From Octopus vulgaris (taxonomy: Eukaryota): a DNA stretch of 64,000 nt. Below the pieces are notes generated by a model that saw only the letters and a program-made list of their open reading frames with translations, was not told the DNA's origin and searched no databases. Numbering within the stretch: position 1 is the first letter of the stretch; each line of letters begins with the position of its first letter. The position numbers and the translations under genes were made by a program. Positions 54,811 to 64,000 of the stretch are shown here, piece after piece. The stretch lies in assembly GCA_951406725.2 (NCBI GenBank), contig OX597815.1, positions 124,000,001 to 124,064,000 on the forward strand, read 5' to 3'.

Positions 54811-55790
54811 GCAATATCTGTCTATATTGAAGGAAGCGGATTTGTTCTTTGTGAAGTGTCATTCTTCATCTGAGGGACATTGGTATTTGGCCTATGTAGT
54901 GGTTTCTGTAACCTAAGTAGGTAATAACATAGATTAAATTTTCAGAGGTACAAGTGAAATTTGATTTTATCTTAAATATGTTATCTTGTTTGTAGTAAAA
55001 TTCTGTACCTTCCAAAAGGCGGGGGTATGTGCACAGTTAGGCTGCCCGCATTTTCCCACTTTGGTTCTGATATAGTCTGGCGCTGGTTAATATTGTTTTT
55101 CAATGATTTCGGTTGCATTTTGCTTTTGATAATTTTGTATGAGCCCAAAATTTTGTTCATTCTCCAGTGAGAATGAGGAGATTTTGGATGATGATGTTGA
55201 ATGCCTCATTGTTTCTTGTGTCGTGTGTAGAGATAGGAACTCGAGTTCCCCCAGTGATTGCGAACCTTGTAATGAGTTATCTAAAACTTAAAATATACCA
55301 TTTATCGCAACAAAAATATGGTATCTCATGTCATTGCTATTTAGAGAACTGGAAAGGGTACTAAGATGATTGTTTTATACTCTGGAACGATATTATGGAC
55401 AAACTCCTGGATTTCAAAATAATACTCAACAATATCAATAGCAACATCAATAGCAATTCACCATGTAACACAGCAATAAACATCTTCCTTTTCTTGACAT
55501 CCTAATTGCAATAGTTAATAACCACATGGAAACGGACATCTTTTATAAACCTACAAATTCAAAACAATACCTATTATTCAACTCATGCCATCCCAAACAC
55601 ATAAAAATTAATATACCTTATAATTTAGCGAAAATAATCTGTACCATAGTTTCCGTGAACTTAAATCAACGCTAATCAGGTGACATTACCCAACATCATT
55701 AAGAGATGATGGGATTAAACGAGTAAAGGAAATAGACATACAAACATTAAGGGAAGTTAACCGAAATACCACACTAGATTTAAAAATAAG
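54811..55790 (-). mobile_element. Penelope-like element (Neptune-like) fragment with inverted RT segment
   Basis: Minus 55230-54811: KCGQPNC..LLEG..NFTCTSENLIYVIT...HYIGQ..LR*RMTLHKEQIR (GIY-YIG). Plus 55230-55790: GTRVPPVIANLVM..WKGY*DDCFILW..LPFLDILI..TDIFYKPT..YLLFNSCHP (RT). Confidence 0.85.
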
Positions 55791-55859
55791 CTGTTGCAAC
55801 CTTTTCAATAGTCGACTATTGAAGAGGGTGCAAGACGCAACGAAAAAGTAAGTAAGTAA

Positions 55860-56348
55860 ATGAGTAACTGTTGAGGAGCTAGCAAAGAAGCTTGGATTTG
55901 GTCATTCAACCATTTATGAACACTTGCACTGGAAAACAAAAACACCGAACATTTTTGGTTTCAAGACGAAAGGTATTCTTCCACCAGGATAATGCTCGGC
56001 CACATACAGCGAGGATGACATTCCAAAGGCTGCAACAGTTTGAATGGGAAACGATGCTCCACTCGCCATATTCGCCGGACATTGCCCCATCTGATTATCA
56101 TTTATTCTGCAGTCTTCAAAACCATTTGGACAGAAAATATATGAATTCTGTAGACGAGGTCAGAACAGTACTGGAAGAGTATTTTTCGTCACGGACAAGT
56201 GAAAGAGTGGCCTTGCATGTCTACAAGATACATGGAAGAGCATTGTAGAAAATGAAGGAGAGGATATTTTAGATTAAAAATGAACATTGTTTATCTTAAT
56301 TTTGAAAAATAAAAGCAGTATAAAAAACCGTATTATTTATGGGATCAC

Positions 56349-56352
<4 letters not shown>
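55860..56352 (+). mobile_element. mariner 3' fragment (DD34D) with right TIR
   Basis: FHQDNARPHT...HSPYSPDIAPSDYHLF; TIR AAAACCGTATTATTTATGGGATCACCCAA followed by TA. Confidence 0.88.
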
Positions 56353-56402
<50 letters not shown>

Positions 56403-56761
56403 TTATAAAATGAGATAGGGGTTGAAAATTCAACTCACCATGGGATAATATATATCCAATATACTGCTAGATAGGTACCCAGCAAGACTAATACATAGAT
56501 GTTAAAAATTGCCAAACAATCAGTTCATCTATTGTATTATATGGGTAAAGGTAATAATATTACCGTAAATTAATACTACAAAATTAGAAAATGGAGAAAC
56601 ATACTTAAATCAATAAAACATCAACTATCAGATGATACCCAATCAATACTTTAATACACCATTACATATCAGTAAAGGCATTATACAAAATATACAGTAA
56701 GAGTAAATAGACAAAGAGATATAAGTATAAAATATCAAATATAATATGTAATTAAATCAAA

Positions 56762-56871
56762 TCTGACAGCTGTTTCGGCAGTGAGGGCAGTCATACCTCA
56801 TTTAACCTATAAGCCATAAAGGCAGGTATAAATGAGGCATTAACAAGGATGCCCCACGGCCTCTTCAGAGA
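56762..56871 (-). ncRNA. Type I hammerhead ribozyme, intact core, 85-nt stem II
   Basis: Reverse complement of 58315-58424. Confidence 0.85.
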
Positions 56872-57209
56872 ATTAAGTTTGTTATAATTGTGAAAAAGAT
56901 TATTTAACCATATACATATAAATATAAAAATATAAAAATGTAAAATATAAAAACTTATACATAAACTTCATAATGCTACACTTATATAATATAATACTCA
57001 TTGGTACAATAATGGAAGGTAAACAGAACAAAATAAAACAAAATATATATCAGTGTATATATTAATATTAATAAGCACCGATATTATACATATTTGGCTA
57101 ATAGTTTAAAAAAAACTAACACATAGGGAGATGAAAAATAATAATTAAAACCATGGTTCAGTTCATAAAATTATAAAGCTATAAAAGTTAATAAAACTAC
57201 TATTAATAC

Positions 57210-57247
<38 letters not shown>

Positions 57248-58314
57248 GATACAGTTATGTTTGCACCAAGTCCATCTTTTCAAGATCGAAATAACTATGA
57301 GTTTAGAAATACTGACCACTAGGTAATGATAATTTAGATTAATTCGATTGGCTATTGGTTTGAAATTTAAATCACAAAAGAAATTATACGGTTGGTTAGT
57401 CAAGGAACGCCAATATTCACACGCGCATCTACAGATTAATCGCACATACACACATAATTATATGTATACACATACACTTATACACATACATAACCACAAG
57501 CAACAACTAGCACATAGATAAACAAAAAGGGAAGCAACTATGCTACCATTTAGTCCTTCAAAATTAAAACTATGCCTCAAATAACGAAAATGATCCACTC
57601 ATGCATTTCATAAAATATTTAATTTAAAGATAGAAATATATTTTTAAATATCAGTTGGGTAAATTAAAATTTATAACACCGGTTTGTTGCATAGTAAACA
57701 TACGGTTGTTAGATTTACCGTAAGTTTGTTATGATTCCAAGTACGCTAAGTTATAAAATATAAAATATATATTAATTTATATATTATAAATAAATCTCTT
57801 ATTTACTTAATAAATTTAATGCCATAATATGCCAGTTTAGGCATTAAATAATAGAAGGGGAAGTACTAATGCAAACGCATATGAGAACATCACAGAAAAT
57901 TTAAAAAAAAATTATATTATAAATACTTAAGATAAAATGTGATAAAATAAATAAGAAGGAATAAATACGAAGGAATAAATACGGTTATACACATATTATA
58001 AGTACAAACCAGTATATATGTATTCATATATTATTAAAATAAAATAAAAATAAATGATAGATATGTATGTATAAAACTACCCTAGTATAAGTAAATAAGT
58101 AAAAAATAAATAGATTAATATTAATATATACACTGATATATATTTTGTTTTATTTTGTTCTGTTTACCTTCCATTATTGTACCAATGAGTATTATATTAT
58201 ATAAGTGTAGCATTATGAAGTTTATGTATAAGTTTTTATATTTTACATTTTTATATTTTTATATTTATATGTATATGGTTAAATAATCTTTTTCACAATT
58301 ATAACAAACTTAAT

Positions 58315-58424
58315 TCTCTGAAGAGGCCGTGGGGCATCCTTGTTAATGCCTCATTTATACCTGCCTTTATGGCTTATAGGTTAAATGAGGTATGACTGCC
58401 CTCACTGCCGAAACAGCTGTCAGA
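58315..58424 (+). ncRNA. Type I hammerhead ribozyme, intact core, 85-nt stem II
   Basis: tct CTGAAGA GGCcGTG-GGGCA...ATGCCTCATTTA...TAAATGAGGTAT...TGCCCtCACtGCC GAAA CAGCTG TC aga. G10.1-C11.1 pair, palindromic stem III, GUC triplet, predicted cut after 58421. Confidence 0.85.
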
Positions 58425-58610
58425 TTTGATTTAATTACATATTATATTTGATATTTTATACTTATATCTCTTTGTCTATTTACTCTTACTGTATATTTTG
58501 TATAATGCCTTTACTGATATGTAATGGTGTATTAAAGTATTGATTGGGTATCATCTGATAGTTGATGTTTTATTGATTTAAGTATGTTTCTCCATTCTCT
58601 AATTTTGTAG

Positions 58611-58664
<54 letters not shown>

Positions 58665-58710
58665 TGTATGTATGTATGTATGTATGTATGTATGTATGTA
58701 TGTATGTATA

Positions 58711-59926
58711 CAGGCATAGCAGAAGTAACTAGACACCTCAGAAAACATCGTTTTATGTTATTCTGATTTGTAAAGGTTTATATTCTTTATTAACTCACAT
58801 CTTTGTTTCAGATTCTATATGTAACTGTTTAACCGCGACATGTGCAAAAGAAGCCTTAGAACTGTCTGAATTTCAAAGAGGCCGTATTGTGGGTCATTCT
58901 TAAGGTGAACACAGAGTAAAATCGCAGAAAACCTTGGGATCTCGCTTTCTACAGTTAATAGAGTGATTGTGCAATTCACCAGAGCGGAGGAGTCCACATC
59001 ACCAGGGCCCTCCGACAGGACCCTTCTCTTTGCTAAGAGAAGTGTAGAGGATAATCCTCGTTGCAAGGCCTCTGACATAGCAGAACAAGTTGATGTCAGT
59101 CCCAGAACAGCTGTCAGGTATCTCCACAAACTTGGTAACTGAGGCAGGGCAGCAAGAAGGAAGCCTCTTCTTCGACCAGCCAACATCAAACGGAGAAAAG
59201 TTTGAGCCAGTGAGATGGTGGAGAGGCCACTAGCAATTTGGGACACTGTCATATTCTCTGGTGAGTTCAGATTTGCTGTATTTCCTGACAGTAGTTGTGT
59301 GTAGGTCTGGAGACTGTGATCAAGAATTTGATGCGAAAAGTTTACAGCCAACAATGAAACACAGCAGTTATTCTATGATGGTCTGGGGAGCAATTTGGAT
59401 CATTGGTTGATCAGAGCTGGTGGAGAGTGAGGGAAACATAAACTCAGATATCTGTCCATATTGCAGAAAGGACTCCTTCTAATCTTCTCTAGTGGTGAAA
59501 TGATTAAAGAAGATTTTTTATGGAAAATAGGGCCTCATGTCACATGGATAAAATGGCCCAAGATTTGTTGAATGAGAATGGCATTAAAAAGCTTCCATGG
59601 CTAAGCCAATCACCAGATATTAACCTTATTGAACACCTCTGGGACATAATGGACGGGACACGTCTTAAAAAGAACAAGAAAGCATCTTCAAAGCCAGATC
59701 TTTTGAGATTACTGCATGAAACTTGGCAAGAAGTTCTGTAGAATATTCATAATCGGATCAGAAACATGCCTAACAGGGTCCTTGCATTGAAAAATACAAA
59801 GGGCATATCTACTAAATATTAAATATTCACATTACAACAATTATTAAATAATTTGAATGTATAATTTCAGAGTTAAAGAAATCTTAATAATTATAAGGGT
59901 GTCTATTTACTTCTGTCATATACCTG
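58711..59926 (+). mobile_element. Tc1-family transposon with short TIRs, decayed transposase
   Basis: TA|CAGGCATAGCAGAAGTAACTAGACACC versus GGTGTCTATTTACTTCTGTCATATACCTG. Remnants ARRKPLL, VIFSGEFRF, MVWGAI, LPWLSQSPDINLIEHLW. Confidence 0.88.
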
Positions 59927-59927
59927 C

Positions 59928-59981
<54 letters not shown>

Positions 59982-60063
59982 ATCTGTCTCTCTCTCTCTC
60001 TCATATATATATGAGAGAGAGAGAGAGAGAGTGAGAGAGAGAAAGAGAATGAGAAAGAGAGAG

Positions 60064-60114
<51 letters not shown>

Positions 60115-60140
60115 AGAACGAGAGATAGATAGATAGATAA

Positions 60141-60420
60141 ATGATGGTAGTCTCTCGTAGTCCGAGGGAACCGGTTCTGCAATTTCTTGCTGAGCAACCA
60201 GCCCAAATGAGTTCTTTTTACTGTTGTATATTAGCTCACTCACCACATCAAAACGACGTGGCCTGTAGTGCGCAGTGATCCACACGTTAGGTGTCGAAGT
60301 GATCATAGAGCAACGTGGGTTGAATTGTTTTGCGTAGGTACACAACACACTACCCGGTCCAGGAATTGAAACTATGATCTCACAATTGTTGGTACAACAC
60401 CCTAACTACTAGGCCATGCA
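60141..60420 (-). mobile_element. tRNA-derived SINE (family C-related head) with RTE-like tail
   Basis: Minus head GCATGGCCTAGTAGTTAGGGTG...TTTCAATTCCTGGACCGGG; tail CTCGGACTACGAGAGACTACCATCAT. Confidence 0.7.
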
Positions 60421-60450
60421 CTCACACACACACACATGTGAATATATATA

Positions 60451-60719
60451 TAAATGCGCCCTTTTAAAACCTAGCCTGGCTCATGGACCCGGTTTCCCGA
60501 TTTTAATGGCGTATGTGTTCCCCAGCGTATGTGTTTCCCAGCGTATGTGTTCTCTAGTCCATCGCAGCGTTACTCATTTTTGCCAGCTGAGTGGACTGGA
60601 GCAACGTGAAATGAAGTGTTTTCCTCAAGAACACAACGCGTCACCCGGTCCAGGAATCGAAACCACAATCTTACGATCATGATGCTGACACCCTAACCAC
60701 TAAGCCACGTGCCTCCACA
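60451..60719 (-). mobile_element. tRNA-derived SINE family C (Meta/MESC-like central domain, tentative)
   Basis: Minus GTGGAGGCACGTGGCTTAGTGGTTAGGGTG...TTCGATTCCTGGACCGGG...GTTGCTCCAGTCCACTCAGCTGGCAAAAATGAGTA. Confidence 0.8.
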
Positions 60720-61373
60720 TGTATATATATACATACATACAGAGAGAGAGAGATAGAAAGAGAGAGAGAGAGAGATGGATAGATTGATAGATAGATGTAG
60801 ATACACATATATGCATACATGCATACGTATGTATGAGTGTGTGTATATATATGGTGTGAAGATGCATACGCACATTCATACACATATATGTATGAATGTA
60901 TGTAACGAAAGAGAGAGAAAGCAGTGTGAGACATACTTATACACGATAAATGCAGACAATAAATGCGAAAACGAGGATATAAATACATAAGCATATGTGG
61001 ATATAGACCCTTCAAACAATTATATCTATGTCTCCTGCTCCAATAGAATTACAATCTCAGAACACATAGTAAATTATACAAGATAACATATGTAAACAAA
61101 TCAAATCTGATACAGAAAATGGCCAATGTTGGAACGAACCTGTCCATATCAATCTATGCAAATATTGATATACAATATGAAGGACAGCTTTTCTTTGAAT
61201 CTTCAAATATAATAGGGTATCTCTCTCTATATATAAATATATGAATGCCTGTGTACGTGTGTATGATGTACGTATGTATGTGGATAAATAACGTGTTGTA
61301 AATAATTATGTACACACATATATATTCATATGTATATTATATAATATATATATATATATGTATATATATATAA

Positions 61374-61433
<60 letters not shown>

Positions 61434-61652
61434 CAATACGGAGCAAATAATTCACGAAAAAATAATTCGCGAAGTTATCACTGACGCTGTTATTATCCAG
61501 TGTAACAATTTAAAAATGATAATAACAAAATCAGTAATATAGGCGATTGCAGGTCCGAAAAGGCATTAAATAGCTGAAGGATTAAAATTAATCAATATAT
61601 ATATATATACTGATTGATACGGAGATGGAGTGTAACTAGAAGCTTTGTGTAG

Positions 61653-61740
61653 CACAACAATCGTTTTGGCTGCTCTAGTGGGTGGGGAACGATGTAATGC
61701 CATCAGATGCATCGCACAGCACAGAGAGCCTCATCATGTG
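61653..61740 (-). ncRNA. Degenerate hammerhead-like motif, long stem II
   Basis: Minus: cac ATGATGA GGCT-CTCT...AGAGCAGCC AAAA CGATTG TT gtg; C3 and G12 mutated. Confidence 0.45.
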
Positions 61741-61925
61741 ACGTAACATACTTCAAAAGTTATAAGATTTACATATTTCGCTCCACGTTTGATGCTTGTG
61801 GTGTTATGGCGTGTTGCTAGCTGTTCACACACAATGTGTTAGAAAATCTCTATAAGAGATGAAAGCAGTAAATATATATTGCGAGCTGGAGTCAACTACT
61901 GCTATCTCTAGCGGATGAGTATCCA

Positions 61926-61966
61926 CTACCGAAGATGACCCTAAAGTGGTCGAAGCTCTTCGGTCT
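61926..61966 (+). ncRNA. Degenerate minimal hammerhead-like motif
   Basis: CCGAAGA T GACC ctaaagt GGTC GAAG...GTC; resembles CTGAAGA-T-stem-GAAA with two core changes and no clear stem I. Confidence 0.35.
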
Positions 61967-62794
61967 CGGGGTCTCGCGGCTGGAAAATGGTAAGGGTTGA
62001 CTATCCTACTTGCAATATATATCAGGTGCAGGTTGTATCAAATAACCAGCTGGAGGAGGCGTCCTCCTGGGGTTAAAAATATCAGTCAGTTGCGTCTGTT
62101 CCTACGGAACAGCCATACTTAAGTGGCTATGATCATTACTTATACAAACACACACATGCACACAAACACATATATATACATACATACATACAAACACGCA
62201 TGTATATATATATCTTAATAATTCTGATGTTCACTCTATACGATCTTTTTACTTCGTTTTTCTATCTTTCTCTCTCTTATTATTTTACCTCCTCTTCTCT
62301 GACCATTCTATCCTATTACTCTGTCGCTCTCTCTCCCTCACTCCACTTCCCTTGCTCACTTGGCTCCCACGTGACTATCGGCCATCTTTCTTTCTTCTTC
62401 TAACTTGTGTTTCTTTCTTTCTCTCTGTTGTAGCTGGAACAAGGAAGACGTGTTCTTGTCTGTCTTCTGTCCAAGCTTGATTTACGCGTTCACCACCACA
62501 GACCTTCCTGTTTGTTTTCACTGTCCTGCTTGTGTTACCAGTTTTGACCCTCCGCAAAATCCCAAATTTTATTTATTTGCTTTGCGGAAGAAACTGTTTT
62601 ATTCAAAACGTATATTGTTGCTAAATACTCGAAATACGAGAGTAGAAAAACAGCCAACAACTGATGGAGGGTCGTTCTTTATGTTGCTTGCCTTGTTTTC
62701 CATTTGTGTCTTTCGTTCGAAAAATAGTCCATATTCCATGTACTCGTATTTCGTATTTTTTGTTGTACACGTTCGTCATGTCTGTGTCCACATA

Positions 62795-62850
<56 letters not shown>

Positions 62851-63953
62851 AAGGGCACAAAATTTTAAGTGGTGTCTCATACATTTCCTAAGATAGCAGT
62901 ATCAGATCAGATCAATGATGTCTTACTCTACGTTGCTTGCGATGATTGATTAAATTTAACAGAGCAAGAAAATGACTTACAACTGTTATTAAGGAAGTTA
63001 CTATTAAGAACCTTGAATGCTTACCCTTGGTCTTCAAGAAAATGATATGAAAGTAAATTGGATGAGAGCTAGAATGGAAACGTTTTCGACGAGGTTCGTT
63101 TTGTCGGAACCTTTATCTATTTCTCTGCAATACACGCCACGTAGATATTAGATAAACTTGTCTAACTCATAAGAATATATTCTAGGATTCTTGAGTGACA
63201 CGCGAAATCCTATATCTAATCACTTTCTCATATAATCAATCCACTGTGTGATAACGATTTAGCAGTTCAAATTCTACACCCGCTTCTTGACAACATTTGT
63301 TCGTTAAACATCTTCACTAGACAGAAACGGGAAACACAACAGGCGTGCGTTGAGTTTAGCGTCACATTTCAAAATTCTTAGAAAAAAAAAACAACAAACG
63401 CAACGGTAAAATTGGGTATGATCTCTTCATTTACAAACACGTTTACTTTTACGCACGTATACCTTATGTATGCGTGTATTGTATGTACTCATGTGTGTCT
63501 ACTTGCATATACAATAAGATATGTATGCATATATGCTTGTATATACACATATATAAGTATATATATATATAGGTGTGTGTGTGTGTGTATGTGTGCGCGT
63601 GTACGTATGTATGCTCACACACATATATAAATGTATATGTAGATAAGTGTATGTGTGTGTGTAGACATGCATACATACATGAAACTCATAAATACTGTTC
63701 TACTATATGCAAACGTTTCAATGGGTGTGGTCTATCTCTATCTCTTTCTCTGTGTGTTTATGTGTGTACCTGTATATGTGTATATGTGTATGTGTGTGTG
63801 CGTGTCTGTGTGTGTATATATATATATATACCTAAATAAACTATCTAGCTATCACTTCTAGCTTTCCTTTTCTTTCTGTTGCACACACAGAGACATACAT
63901 AGATGTATGTATATATAGATATGCATACATACGCACATACACATATACACGCA

Positions 63954-63995
<42 letters not shown>

Positions 63996-64000
63996 CATGT

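Larger units (their letters stand above)
56401..58613 (-). mobile_element. Non-coding PLE-type element with 500-bp inverted arms and two hammerheads, between (TA)n tracts
   Basis: 56573-57072 is the reverse complement of 58114-58613 (one mismatch seen, no indels). 1041-bp AT-rich spacer with no recognisable protein remnant. Confidence 0.8.

Noticed and set aside
62655-62735. CTGATGGAGGG...TTCGAAAAATAGTC as a hammerhead
   Set aside because: Core and stems do not pair convincingly; may be a very old remnant but is unsupported.

Overview
AT-rich eukaryotic DNA, very dense in microsatellites. The SINE families and repeat style suggest a coleoid cephalopod (octopus-like); this is recognised from memory, not searched. 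I found no intact host protein-coding gene, rRNA, true tRNA gene or CRISPR array, and nearly all listed ORFs are translated microsatellites. The window is a graveyard of mobile elements: a near full-length decayed RTE LINE, CR1/Jockey-group and Tx1/L1 LINE fragments, several Penelope-like elements (PLEs), two Tc1, two mariner and one pogo-like transposon relic, a piggyBac-like MITE and three tRNA-derived SINE families. The hidden layer is catalytic RNA. By eye I count about 11 hammerhead-ribozyme (HHR)-like motifs and 2 HDV-like ribozyme candidates. The strongest cases are (i) a young, ORF-less 2.2-kb element with 500-bp inverted arms, each carrying an intact HHR core with an 85-nt stem II, and (ii) four copies, in two families, of a variant HHR whose core reads UUGAAAA (U3-A8 covariation) instead of CUGANGA. 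All folds were assigned by eye and activity is untested.
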